The notes: generated by a model not told the origin, from the sequence alone. Shown: positions 7,980 through 17,584, counted from the stretch's first letter. The stretch: 64,000 bases of DNA from Thermoanaerobaculia bacterium (GCA_034664845.1 JAXDGW010000027.1:1687-65686), one strand, 5' to 3'. Translations and numbers: made by a program.

Positions 7980-8802
7980 TGCTCACCGTTCGGAACGCCT
8001 CCGCCTTCCTCGCCTCGGCATGCACGGTCTCGAAGTCGGGGATGTCGGCATCCCACTCCATCAGCGTGGAGACATTGCCAGTGCGCGCGCAGGCGCGGGC
8101 GTAAAGCTGCCACACCTCGTCGATCACGAAGTCGTTGTGCGTGTCGATGATGTGCGTGCCGTGATTCGTGTGACCGGCCAGGTGAACCTGCACGACGCGA
8201 TCGGCCGGGATGGCATCGACGTACACATTCGGATCGAAGCTGTGATTGAACGAGCTGACGTAGATGTTGTTCACGTCGAGAAGCAGCCCGCAATCGCTCT
8301 CCTGCGCCAGCGCCGCCAGAAAGTCCCACTCGGTCATCGTCGAGCTGGCGAATTCGACGTACGACGAGGGGTTCTCGATCACGAGCGGACATTCCAGAAA
8401 ATCGGAGACGATCTTCACGCGCTCGGCGGTGTGGCGCAGCGACTCCTCGTTGTACGGCATCGGCAGAAGATCGTGGACGTTGCGGCCGCTCACGCCGGTC
8501 CAGCAGAGGTGGTCGGAGACCCAGCGCGCATTGACCGTCGCGGCCAGAGCTTTGAGCTTGCGGAGGTAGTCGAAGTCGATCGGATCGGTGCCGCCGATCG
8601 ACATCGACACGCCGTGGAGCACGATCGGATATTGCTCGGCGATCTTCTCGAGGACAAAACGCGGACGGCCGCCTGTGTCGAGATAGTTTTCGGAGAGCGC
8701 TTCGAACCAATCGACGGAGGGTTGCGTGCCGAGGATGTGCGAGTAGTGCACGGTCCGCAGTCCGACACCGACGCCGAGATCAGGGAGATGGAATCGATTC
8801 AT
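7930..8802 (-). CDS. DUF692 / MbnB-like (UPF0276) TIM-barrel RiPP-modifying enzyme (BufB-like), 290 aa
   Basis: Strong family-typical N-terminus (LGVGVGLRTVHYSHIL...DWFEALSENYL) and full DUF692 length. Confidence 0.85.
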   Translation of the reverse strand: MNRFHLPDLGVGVGLRTVHYSHILGTQPSVDWFEALSENYLDTGGRPRFVLEKIAEQYPIVLHGVSMSIGGTDPIDFDYLRKLKALAATVNARWVSDHLCWTGVSGRNVHDLLPMPYNEESLRHTAERVKIVSDFLECPLVIENPSSYVEFASSTMTEWDFLAALAQESDCGLLLDVNNIYVSSFNHSFDPNVYVDAIPADRVVQVHLAGHTNHGTHIIDTHNDFVIDEVWQLYARACARTGNVSTLMEWDADIPDFETVHAEARKAEAFRTVSSGVLPAVADEVAYASV

Positions 8803-8820
8803 GGGATATCGGGGGGTTGA

Positions 8821-8850
8821 TGAAGGGCAGGCGCCCGGGCCTGCCCTTCA
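8821..8850 (-). terminator. perfect stem-loop (GAAGGGCAGG-CGCCCGGG-CCTGCCCTTC) between the precursor gene and the DUF692 gene; candidate attenuator or partial terminator
   Basis: 11-bp perfect stem read in sequence; no clear U-tract. Confidence 0.45.
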
Positions 8851-8865
8851 TCGCGATGAGGCAGG

Positions 8866-9252
8866 TTACGAAGCCTTCGGCGGAACGGCGCAGCCGCTCT
8901 TGCCTTTGCAATCGTTCTTGCCGCCGGCGCCCTGACCCTTGCAGGCATTCTTGCCGGCGCAGTCGTGCTTGTACTCCTTCGAGGCGCAGCCGCCCTTGCC
9001 CTTGCACGAGTTCTTGCCCGCGCAGCCGGCATCGCCCGACTTGCAGTTGCCGTGGCTCTTACAGCTGTTGAGGCCTTTACAGGCGTGCTTGTCGGCCGCC
9101 TTCGCCGTATCAGCCATCTGCACGGCCTGCGACGACTGGTTGAGGGAAAGCGCGTTCGATTTCACCTGGTCGGCACGCAGACTGGTTCCGGCGCTGAGGC
9201 CGGCCATGACACCACCGAGAACGAGATAACGAGCCAGATCACGACTATTCAT
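8866..9252 (-). CDS. secreted Cys-rich RiPP precursor, bufferin (DUF2282 / BufA)-like, 10 Cys in repeated GKN[SAD]CKG and G[GS]GC[A] motifs, 128 aa
   Basis: N-terminal Sec-type signal peptide (…GLSAGTSLRA|DQ). Low-complexity core with 10 regularly spaced Cys. Strong AGGAGG RBS 5 nt upstream of the ATG. Sits immediately 5' of the DUF692/DUF2063/DoxX genes. Confidence 0.7.
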   Translation of the reverse strand: MNSRDLARYLVLGGVMAGLSAGTSLRADQVKSNALSLNQSSQAVQMADTAKAADKHACKGLNSCKSHGNCKSGDAGCAGKNSCKGKGGCASKEYKHDCAGKNACKGQGAGGKNDCKGKSGCAVPPKAS

Positions 9253-9362
9253 ACAATCCTCCTAAAGTTTGTTTTGAGAACCGACAGACCTACGGACGCG
9301 AGTGGACGATTGGATGCCATGGTGCCAGATCCGCCGGAAAATATCGCGGTCTGGTATCGCCG

Positions 9363-10220
9363 ATGCACCGATCCGGCGTGATGAAACAGCAACGAATGAT
9401 CGTTCCGCTCGTGATCGCAGCCGTGCTAATGGCAGCGATGAGCGGCAGCGCGCTGGCGGATTGGCGCGATGACCGCCGCCTTTCCGCGGACGTCGATCGC
9501 AATCCCGCGGTGCGCATCCGCGGCAACGTCGAGGTGCGCACCGCAGACGGCTCGCTGAGCGATTCCGCGCTCGACGAGTTCGCGGCGTTGGCGGAAAAAG
9601 GCGCCCGCGACGTGGCCCGGTTCACCAGCTTCTCCCCTCCCCCGCACATCGTGATCTACCTCTCGCCACGCGTCGACATCTCCCACACCTATCCCCACTT
9701 TCCGTCCGGCGACCATGCGCCGCGCCTGTTCATCGACAGCGCGCGCGTGGCCGATCATTCAGCGCCGTATCTCCACGAGCTCGTTCACGCGGTCGTGGGC
9801 GGCGGCGGCTCGATGTGGCTGGAGGAAGGGTTCGCCTCCTGGGTGGCATCGTCGGTGGCGAAACAGTACGGCGGCTATTACGCGCCGGTGCTGAGCAACA
9901 TGAACGATCAGGTCGATGCGCAGGCGCGTGAGGTGCTGGCGCGGACGAGCGCAGGAAGCGAGACCAGCGCCTGGTTCGCCTCCGCCAGCGCTCCCGATTT
10001 CGCCACGCAGCGCGAGCGCCGCGGCTTCTACATCGCCGCCCACTCGTTCACGAAGTTTCTCGCCGCATCCCTCGGCAAGCGGAAACTGCTGCGCATCTTC
10101 CGCGCGAATGACATCCATTCGCTGCCGGGGATCTCCGGCGTTTCGATCGACGAGTGGGAACGGCGCTGGCGGCGAAGTCTACGAGCCGAGGAGACGAGGA
10201 CGGGAGTCAACCGGCCCTGA
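9363..10220 (+). CDS. secreted hypothetical protein with an HExxH motif (LHELVHAV); putative Zn-metallopeptidase-like, 285 aa
   Basis: Signal peptide (MKQQRMIVPLVIAAVLMAAMSGSALA). Single HExxH. Divergently transcribed from the precursor gene. Confidence 0.45.
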   Translation: MHRSGVMKQQRMIVPLVIAAVLMAAMSGSALADWRDDRRLSADVDRNPAVRIRGNVEVRTADGSLSDSALDEFAALAEKGARDVARFTSFSPPPHIVIYLSPRVDISHTYPHFPSGDHAPRLFIDSARVADHSAPYLHELVHAVVGGGGSMWLEEGFASWVASSVAKQYGGYYAPVLSNMNDQVDAQAREVLARTSAGSETSAWFASASAPDFATQRERRGFYIAAHSFTKFLAASLGKRKLLRIFRANDIHSLPGISGVSIDEWERRWRRSLRAEETRTGVNRP

Positions 10221-10241
10221 CGACGCGACATGCGCCGCGAG

Positions 10242-10421
10242 GCGTCACTCTCGCTGTCATTCCGAGCGGGCGGGGCGGCGGGGGGCGAGGAATCCCCCGC
10301 CTACGGAGCGAGTCTCGTGCAGCCACAGCGCCGGTCCGTTCGTAGACTTTGAATTGCGCGATCACGCTGCGTAGTGAGGGGATCCCTCGCCCCCCTCGCC
10401 CCCGCCCGCTCGGAATGACAG
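10242..10421. repeat. palindromic MITE-like element with GCTGTCATTCCGAGCGGGCGGGGCGGCGGGGGGCGAGGAATCCCC termini in inverted orientation, 180 bp
   Basis: Near-perfect terminal inverted repeats of about 45 bp read in sequence. Confidence 0.8.
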
Positions 10422-10506
10422 ATTGCGATCGTCGCAAAACTCCTCCAAAGATCTTTAGCCCTCCTTTACGCTCACTCCGTTCCTCCTGTGTTTCACTACT
10501 CCGCAC

Positions 10507-11976
10507 ATGGACCGCCGAACGAGACCTGTAGCCATCTGGACCGGCGCAATCGGCTCCATCGCGCTCGTCACCGCGGCCGGCAATGCCATCGGGCTCAATC
10601 CCAGCACCATCGGATTCGCCTACCTCATCGTCGTCCTTCTGATCTCGCTTTGGGGCGGCCTGCTCGCCGGCACGATCTCCTCGGTCCTGGCGACGCTCTG
10701 CTACAACTTCTTTTTCTTTCCGCCGCTCTACACCTTCACGATCGAGAACCCCGCGAACTGGTTTGCTCTCGCTGCCTTTCTCGTCGCCTCGGTCACCGTG
10801 AACCGCCTCGTCGTCGCGGCGCGCGTGCAGGCGGAAAAGGCCGAGCAGCGGCGGACGGAATTGGAGACGCTCTACGGACTGAGCATCGATCTCTTCACCG
10901 CCACGAACCGCGTCGGTGCGCTCGGCGAGGCCGCGGGCCGCGCGCTGAAGCTCCTCGGCGCGCAAGCCGGCGGACTCGTTCTCTTTGACGGCTCGCCGTT
11001 CCGGCAGAACGTCGTTTCGTGGAACGGCGACAAGCCTGACGAGATCGAGGATTTGATCGCCGGTGTGGGACGCCACAAGGAGCCGCTGGAGTTTCCGTCG
11101 CCGCTTGGGCGCGACGTCTATCTCCCTCTGATCGTCGGCGGCAAGACAACAGGCACCCTTGTCGCGCGCGGAACGGAAGCATCGCGGCAGGCACTCGAAT
11201 CCGCCGCGCGGCTCGTCGCCATGGCCGTCGAGCGCGAGCGGTTCATCGAAGAGAATGCCCACGTGCAGGCATTGCGGGAAAGCGAAGCGCTCAAGACCTC
11301 GCTGCTTCGAGCGATCTCCCACGATCTCACCACGCCGATCACTGCCATCACGATCCGCACCGAGTCGATTCGCCGCCGCGCCGGAACCGACGACGAGTTG
11401 CGCGAGGACGCTGGCGCCATCGCCGAGGAGACTGCGCGGCTGCGGAGGCGAATCGACAACCTGCTCGCGATGGCGCGGCTCGAAGCAGGAAAAGCAAAGC
11501 CGCGGATCGAACCGACGCCGCCCGCGGATCTCTTCCGCGCCACACGCGAGAACCTTCCGATCGTCTTCAGCGCCCGCCCGATCACGGTTCACGTCGAGCC
11601 TGACTGTCCCGACGCGAACGTCGATCCATCGCTGGCGCTGGAGATTCTCGTGAACCTCGTCGAGAACGCGCATCGCGTTTCGCCCGCGTCTGCCACGATC
11701 GAGCTCGTCGCGCGCAAACATCCGCTTGATGCGGGCAAGGTTCGGATCGAGATCCTCGACCGCGGCCCCGGACTGCCGCCGGGCGTAGTCGATGCCGATG
11801 GCAACGTCGCCACCGAGACCACCGACGTCGCCCAGCGCGGCCTCGGGCTGGAGATCGCGCGCAGCCTGGCCGCCGCAAATGGCGGAAGCATCGGGCTGGC
11901 GCCACGGCCCGGCGGCGGTACGATCGCGCGCATCGACCTTCCCGCGGCGCTGCTCCCCGAGGAAGTGTCGTCATGA
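10507..11976 (+). CDS. sensor histidine kinase, KdpD C-terminal-like (DUF4118-GAF-HisKA-HATPase) lacking the N-terminal Kdp sensor/USP domains, 489 aa
   Basis: DUF4118 signature (TIGFAYLIVVLLISLWGGLLAGTISSVLATLCYNFFFFPPLYTF), H-box SHDLTTP, G-boxes (GLGLEIARSL). Confidence 0.8.
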   Translation: MDRRTRPVAIWTGAIGSIALVTAAGNAIGLNPSTIGFAYLIVVLLISLWGGLLAGTISSVLATLCYNFFFFPPLYTFTIENPANWFALAAFLVASVTVNRLVVAARVQAEKAEQRRTELETLYGLSIDLFTATNRVGALGEAAGRALKLLGAQAGGLVLFDGSPFRQNVVSWNGDKPDEIEDLIAGVGRHKEPLEFPSPLGRDVYLPLIVGGKTTGTLVARGTEASRQALESAARLVAMAVERERFIEENAHVQALRESEALKTSLLRAISHDLTTPITAITIRTESIRRRAGTDDELREDAGAIAEETARLRRRIDNLLAMARLEAGKAKPRIEPTPPADLFRATRENLPIVFSARPITVHVEPDCPDANVDPSLALEILVNLVENAHRVSPASATIELVARKHPLDAGKVRIEILDRGPGLPPGVVDADGNVATETTDVAQRGLGLEIARSLAAANGGSIGLAPRPGGGTIARIDLPAALLPEEVSS

Positions 11977-12662
11977 CCATCGCGAGCGTGATTCTCATCG
12001 TCGACGACGATCCCGCTATCCGCGATTCGCTATCAAAAGAGCTGCGTGCCGCCGGCTACGCAACCACGACTGCCGCTGATGGCGGAGAAGGCCTCAGCGC
12101 GTTTCAGTCACATGCGCCCGATCTCGTCCTGACCGATCTGGCGATGCCACGCTCGGACGGATTCGAGTTAATCGCCGGCATCCGGGCCACGTCGCGAATC
12201 CCCATCCTCGTGCTCTCGGTCCGCGGCGCCGATGCCGACAAAGTCCGCGCCCTCGACCTCGGCGCCGACGATTTCGTGACCAAGCCGTTCTCGATGGCCG
12301 AGCTGTCCGCCCGCGTCCGCGCACATCTACGCAGAACCACCACGGCATCAACGACAACCCTCGCCTTCCCCGACCTGACGATCGACCTCGACCGCCGCCG
12401 CGTGGTCCAGGGCGGCCGCGAAGTGCGCCTCACGCCGACCGAGTTTTCACTGCTCGAGCTGCTGGCCTCCAACGCTGGCAAACCGCTCTTCATCGAACAG
12501 ATCATCGCCCGCGTCTGGCGCTCCGCACCCAGCACCAGCGCCGATACGGTGCGCGTGCACATGAGCTCCCTGCGAAAAAAGATCGAGCCGAATCCATCAG
12601 AGCCGCAATACATCATCACCGAGCCGTGGGTCGGCTACCGCTTCATCGCGGAACCGGTTTGA
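11973..12662 (+). CDS. OmpR-family response regulator (KdpE-like), 229 aa
   Basis: REC (ILIVDDDPAIRD...LVLTDLAMPRSDG) plus winged helix (…TVRVHMSSLRKKIE…GVGYRF). ATGA overlap with the kinase gene. Confidence 0.85.
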   Translation: MTIASVILIVDDDPAIRDSLSKELRAAGYATTTAADGGEGLSAFQSHAPDLVLTDLAMPRSDGFELIAGIRATSRIPILVLSVRGADADKVRALDLGADDFVTKPFSMAELSARVRAHLRRTTTASTTTLAFPDLTIDLDRRRVVQGGREVRLTPTEFSLLELLASNAGKPLFIEQIIARVWRSAPSTSADTVRVHMSSLRKKIEPNPSEPQYIITEPWVGYRFIAEPV

Positions 12663-13881
12663 CCGGCGGCAGAATCTGGAGAGTACGCAGGCAGACGTCG
12701 CCGGGCGAGCCGATTTCAAAGCGCAATATCCTGCCGCCGAGGTTGTCGGCATCGATTTGAAGAAAGCGGCGTCCGTGCTCTTGCGAGAGCTTCGACTCCT
12801 CGAGCATCCCCAGCGAATTGTCGAGGTCCAGGCCCGCGTCACGTTTGATCTCCTGAACGATCGGTGCAAGCGCGGCGTTCACCGCGGGTGTGGCGAGACC
12901 TTCCGCCGGCCGGCCATGGATCAGGCGATCCCACAGTTCATCGACACACCGAACTTCGGGCTCTGCGTCGATCCGTCCGAGATCGTGAACGCCATCGGCG
13001 GAGACGCGAAGACGACGGAGAACGTGTGGTTCGGGACAGGAACCGCAGGTCATCCAGCTCTTGTAAGTTCCTTTCGTCGGAATCGAGATGATGCCGTCCT
13101 TGATCGTCACCGGCGCCGTATCGAACGAGACCTGATACGACTCGATGAAGAGCGGCCGGGCCTCGGAACCGCTCCACTCCCAGACACTGAACTGACTCAT
13201 GTAGGTACCGCCGGCCGCAGCCGCGGCAACAGCATCGACATAGAAGCGTGCGTGACCCGATGCGGCGCGTGGAAGGGCGCCGATCGTGCCTCGGAGTGGT
13301 CCGTCTCCCCATCCGCGTTCAGTCCATGCCCAGTAGCCGATTTCATCGCGTGACTGGTAGTGCCGCCGCGCGAGATCCTTGATGTTCCAGGCCACTTGAA
13401 AATGGCCGTCGTCCGCGTGCGCAACAATGAAAAACGTTCCGCCCCTCGGATAGTTCGCCGCGACGGCAAACGTCGTTGCCGGCAAACCATTCAGCCGAAC
13501 GGCGGTCGACGTCAGGTGGTAATCGTCCGCACATCGATCATCGGTCTTTGCGCATGGGCGCTCAGGGTCGAGGCGTTCGACGGCCTTCGCCACCTGCGCA
13601 GCGCTGGCATTGGGATGCTCATCGAGAAAGCTCGCGGTCCAATTCGCGACGGCGGACAAGACGCGATCGAGAGCGGCGCCGAGCACTGGAGTGCCGTTCG
13701 TTGCGTCGTCGAGCGCGACCAGCGCGGAACGAGCCCGGTAGTAGTTCGCGCGAATCGTCTCGCGCTCCGCATCAGTGATGGAACGCGCAGGCCGCGCCGC
13801 CAGCAGCACCGAAATCACAACGAGCCCCGCGCCCCACATGTCAGGCAGATTAACACCGGGTTCGCGGGCGACGACCCTCAT
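12643..13881 (-). CDS. hypothetical secreted protein, 412 aa
   Basis: Long ORF with an N-terminal hydrophobic segment; no recognisable domain. Confidence 0.45.
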   Translation of the reverse strand: MRVVAREPGVNLPDMWGAGLVVISVLLAARPARSITDAERETIRANYYRARSALVALDDATNGTPVLGAALDRVLSAVANWTASFLDEHPNASAAQVAKAVERLDPERPCAKTDDRCADDYHLTSTAVRLNGLPATTFAVAANYPRGGTFFIVAHADDGHFQVAWNIKDLARRHYQSRDEIGYWAWTERGWGDGPLRGTIGALPRAASGHARFYVDAVAAAAAGGTYMSQFSVWEWSGSEARPLFIESYQVSFDTAPVTIKDGIISIPTKGTYKSWMTCGSCPEPHVLRRLRVSADGVHDLGRIDAEPEVRCVDELWDRLIHGRPAEGLATPAVNAALAPIVQEIKRDAGLDLDNSLGMLEESKLSQEHGRRFLQIDADNLGGRILRFEIGSPGDVCLRTLQILPPVKPVPR

Positions 13882-13985
13882 CTTTCGACACTCTTAACCC
13901 ACTCTTAAGCCATTGCTCCGACTACGTTTCGTAGTTCCTTACGAGGCGCAACCGCGCCGCGCGTTAGACACGTCAGGAGGCCGCA

Positions 13986-14399
13986 ATGACCACCATGACT
14001 AGTCCAGTCACATCAGGTTCCGCGCAGCAGAAGCATCGCGCGGTGCCGAGGATCGCGTTGGTAGTCGTCTTCTGGGGCATCGCCGCTCTGCTTGTCGCCG
14101 TCATCCATCGTGTGCTTGCTTCATCGCCGGTGGCCAGTGTTGCCATCGAGGTGATTGCGATCGCAGCGATCGCTGGTATTTACGTCCGAGTCATTACACC
14201 CGACACTTCGCTCGATCATGCGCTCTTTGTCGGCACGACCTGGACACTCCTCGGCATCGCCACAGAAATCTTCATGACGGCTGGATCAGGACACCAGTGG
14301 TTTGCGCTTCTCGGCTCACCCGCCAATGGCGGCCTTCGGTGTGTGCTGCTGATCGCCTGGATCATGGCGCCTGCGCTGTTCGTAAGAAGCCGCGAGTAA
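13986..14399 (+). CDS. hypothetical small membrane protein, 137 aa
   Basis: 3-4 predicted TM helices; plausible start context. Confidence 0.4.
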   Translation: MTTMTSPVTSGSAQQKHRAVPRIALVVVFWGIAALLVAVIHRVLASSPVASVAIEVIAIAAIAGIYVRVITPDTSLDHALFVGTTWTLLGIATEIFMTAGSGHQWFALLGSPANGGLRCVLLIAWIMAPALFVRSRE

Positions 14400-14417
14400 G
14401 AGCGCGCTCATTTTTCA

Positions 14418-15503
14418 ATGAGGAGTCCGTTCATGGGAAGCAGTAAGCGAAACAGCATCGTCGCCTTTATTTCGGCGATCGCTGTTTTCTGCGTCGCGCT
14501 CGTAGCGCGTGCCGGCGAAGCGGAGAAGCCAGTCACGATTCACGGCTTCGCCGACGGGTACTACGCCTGGAACGGTAACGATCCTGCGTCACACGACTCC
14601 TTTTTTTCCGGTGCCGGGAGCACCGCAAAGAGGGCGAATGAATTCAACCTCAATCTTGCGGCGGTTGACATCGTGCGCGACGCCGCGCCGCTCGGCTTTC
14701 ATCTGTCGCTGGTGGCCGGCAACGGCGCGGATGTCATCCACGCCGCCGAGAGCGAGGGCTTCCGTCATATATACCAGGCCTCTGTGATCTATAAGGTAAA
14801 CGAGAAACTGACGATCGAAGGAGGGATCTTCCCGTCGCACATCGGATTCGAATCCTTTTACTCGAAAGACAACTGGAACTATATGCGTTCGTGGCCCGGG
14901 GAACTATCTCCTTTCTATCAGACGGGCGCACATGCCATATACCAGTTCGACCCACACTGGTCCGGTGAGGTTCACGTTCTCAATGGATGGCAGATCATCA
15001 ACGACAACAATGACGCCAAAGCGATCGGCGGCAAGGCTGCCTATACGAGCGATCGCCTCACCACATCGTTCAATACGTTCGACGGGCCCGAACTGCCGCG
15101 CGACAGCTCGCATTGGCGTCACTTCGGCAACCTGATCGGATCCTACAAGGTTACGTCGAAGCTGACTCTGGCAGCGTCGCTCGATCGCGGCCATCAGGAG
15201 CTTCCAGGCGATGCAGCGGCAAACTGGCTGGGCGTTGCAGGCTACGGCCGCTACGCGTTCGACGACCGCCATGCCGTGGCCATACGCGGCTCTTTCTTCC
15301 GCGATCCGGACAATGCCATCAGCGGAGCGGCGCAAAAGCTCAGCGAAGAAACGCTCACATACGAGCTTTACCCGATTCCGAACCTGATCGTCAAGATCGA
15401 GGGGCGGCACGACCATTCCACTGCATCGGCCTTCGCCCGCAAGACCGGCGGATCAGCCAGCAACCAGACCATCGTCGTCATCGGCGCGGTGGCGACTTTC
15501 TAA
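14418..15503 (+). CDS. outer-membrane beta-barrel (porin-like) protein, 361 aa
   Basis: Signal peptide, alternating amphipathic strands, aromatic-rich, C-terminal Phe (…GAVATF). Confidence 0.55.
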   Translation: MRSPFMGSSKRNSIVAFISAIAVFCVALVARAGEAEKPVTIHGFADGYYAWNGNDPASHDSFFSGAGSTAKRANEFNLNLAAVDIVRDAAPLGFHLSLVAGNGADVIHAAESEGFRHIYQASVIYKVNEKLTIEGGIFPSHIGFESFYSKDNWNYMRSWPGELSPFYQTGAHAIYQFDPHWSGEVHVLNGWQIINDNNDAKAIGGKAAYTSDRLTTSFNTFDGPELPRDSSHWRHFGNLIGSYKVTSKLTLAASLDRGHQELPGDAAANWLGVAGYGRYAFDDRHAVAIRGSFFRDPDNAISGAAQKLSEETLTYELYPIPNLIVKIEGRHDHSTASAFARKTGGSASNQTIVVIGAVATF

Positions 15504-15583
15504 GAGGAAATCATGTGGAATTTGCCGGCAACGGGAATGAGTGATCACGCCCCCAGCGAAGCACATCCGATCACCGCTCAGCT

Positions 15584-17584
15584 ATGACCCCATTACAGAC
15601 AGAGCAATCGACGATGGAGCGCGTACGGCGGATGATCGTCGGTCCGCCGCGCGATGTTAGTGATCCGAAGATCTTTCATCACGTCTCTCTTGTGGCGTTT
15701 CTGGCGTGGGTGGGACTCGGTGCGGACGGCTTGTCGTCGTCGGCATACGGTCCGGAGGAGGCGTACAAGGCTCTCGGACCGCATTCGCATCTCTCGATTC
15801 TTCTCGTTGCGATGACGGCGGTGACGATCGCGGTGATTTCGATCGCCTATTCGAATCTGATCCAGCACTTTCCCGGCGGAGGAGGCGGATACCTCGTCGC
15901 CACCAAACTCCTCGGCAGCCGTGTGGGCGTCGTGTCGGGTTGCGCGTTACTCGTCGATTACGTCCTGACGATCACCGTTTCCATTGCCAGCGGCTGCGAC
16001 CAACTCTGGTCGTTCCTGCCGCCCTCAGCGTCACAATTCAAACTCCCCGCAGAGTTTCTAATCCTCTTTCTTCTGATCGTCCTCAATCTCCGCGGCGTTA
16101 AAGAGTCGGTGAACATCCTCGCGCCAATCTTCGTGCTTTTCATCGTCACGCATGTGTTTGCGATCGTGTATGCAATCGGCTCGCACCTCGGTGGGCTGCC
16201 ACAAGTGTTTCGCGATGCACACGCCGATTACTCGACTTCGGTGAGCACGATCGGTTTCCTTCCGCTCATGCTCATTCTCCTGCGTGCCTATTCGCTCGGC
16301 GGTGGCACATACACGGGAATCGAAGCCGTCTCCAATGGCGTGTCGATGTTGCGGGAGCCACGCGTCCGCACAGGAAAGCGGACGATGGCGCTCATGGCGG
16401 TCTCGCTGGCGTTTACGGCGGGAGGGATCATGTTCGCCTATCTTCTTACGAACTCGACGCCATCCGAGGGGAAGACGATGAACGCCGTGCTGCTGACCAA
16501 TCTCTTCGGACATTGGCGCCTCGGCGGCTTTTCGGCGGGAACGGCCTTTGTGATCGTCAGCCTCGTGGCGGAGGCCGCGCTGCTCTTTGTGGCGGCGCAA
16601 GCTGGATTCCTCGATGGCCCGCGCGTCCTGGGCAACATGGCCCTCGATTCCTGGATGCCGCATCGTTTCAGCCAGCTCTCCGACCGGCTCGTCACAAGAA
16701 ACGGCGTCTACATGATGGGACTTGCCGCCGCGGCCGCGCTCTTGTATACCCGAGGGGATATCGGAACGCTCGTCGTCATGTACTCCATCAATGTGTTCAT
16801 CACGTTTTCGCTGACCGAGCTGGGCATGGCGCGGCACTGGATCAAAGACCGCGTCAAAGAACCGAAGTGGCGAAGTCAGCTTGCAATCCACGGAACGGGT
16901 TTGGTGATGTGCCTGAGCATCCTTGTAATCACAACATTCGAGAAGTTTTCACAGCGCGGCTGGGTCACGGTGCTCATCACCAGCGTCGTGATCGCGCTCT
17001 GTTTTGCGATCCGGCGTCACTATGACGCGATCCGCACAGGACTCCGCCGCCTCGACGACATTCTGATGACGCTTCCCACCCGTGCGGCAGAGATTGCACC
17101 TGCCCCGTCTCTACTCGACGCCGAGGCACCGACGGCCGTCATCAGCATCTCGTCGTTCTCAGGATTCGGACTTCATCAGATCCTGTCGATTCACAAGGCC
17201 TTCCCGAACTATTTCAAGCAATTCCTTTTCGTGTCCGCCGCCGTTGTCGACTCCGGCAACTTCAAAGGAGCCGAGGAGCTCGAGCGGCTGCAAACGAACA
17301 CGAAAAAGAACCTCCTTCAATACGTTGGCTGGGCGCAGGCCCATGGGTTCGCCGCCCACTATCGCATGGCCCTCGGCACCGAGGCAGTGGAGACAGTCGA
17401 GTCGATCTGCCTTGAGGTTGCAAACGAATTTCCGCGCGCGATCTTCTTTACGGGCCGCCTCATTTTCAAGGAAGAGAAGTGGTACCACCGGCTACTCCAC
17501 AATGAGACGCCGCACGCCATCCAACGCCGCCTGCAATTCGCAGGCATTCAGGCGATGGTGCTGCCGATTCGGGTGTTGGAGTAG
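15584..17584 (+). CDS. kimA: KimA-like APC-superfamily K+ transporter with C-terminal cytosolic domain, 666 aa
   Basis: N-terminal motif GADGLSSSAYGPEE matches the KimA/YdaO SSxAYG motif; 12 TM; long C-terminal extension. Confidence 0.65.
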   Translation: MTPLQTEQSTMERVRRMIVGPPRDVSDPKIFHHVSLVAFLAWVGLGADGLSSSAYGPEEAYKALGPHSHLSILLVAMTAVTIAVISIAYSNLIQHFPGGGGGYLVATKLLGSRVGVVSGCALLVDYVLTITVSIASGCDQLWSFLPPSASQFKLPAEFLILFLLIVLNLRGVKESVNILAPIFVLFIVTHVFAIVYAIGSHLGGLPQVFRDAHADYSTSVSTIGFLPLMLILLRAYSLGGGTYTGIEAVSNGVSMLREPRVRTGKRTMALMAVSLAFTAGGIMFAYLLTNSTPSEGKTMNAVLLTNLFGHWRLGGFSAGTAFVIVSLVAEAALLFVAAQAGFLDGPRVLGNMALDSWMPHRFSQLSDRLVTRNGVYMMGLAAAAALLYTRGDIGTLVVMYSINVFITFSLTELGMARHWIKDRVKEPKWRSQLAIHGTGLVMCLSILVITTFEKFSQRGWVTVLITSVVIALCFAIRRHYDAIRTGLRRLDDILMTLPTRAAEIAPAPSLLDAEAPTAVISISSFSGFGLHQILSIHKAFPNYFKQFLFVSAAVVDSGNFKGAEELERLQTNTKKNLLQYVGWAQAHGFAAHYRMALGTEAVETVESICLEVANEFPRAIFFTGRLIFKEEKWYHRLLHNETPHAIQRRLQFAGIQAMVLPIRVLE

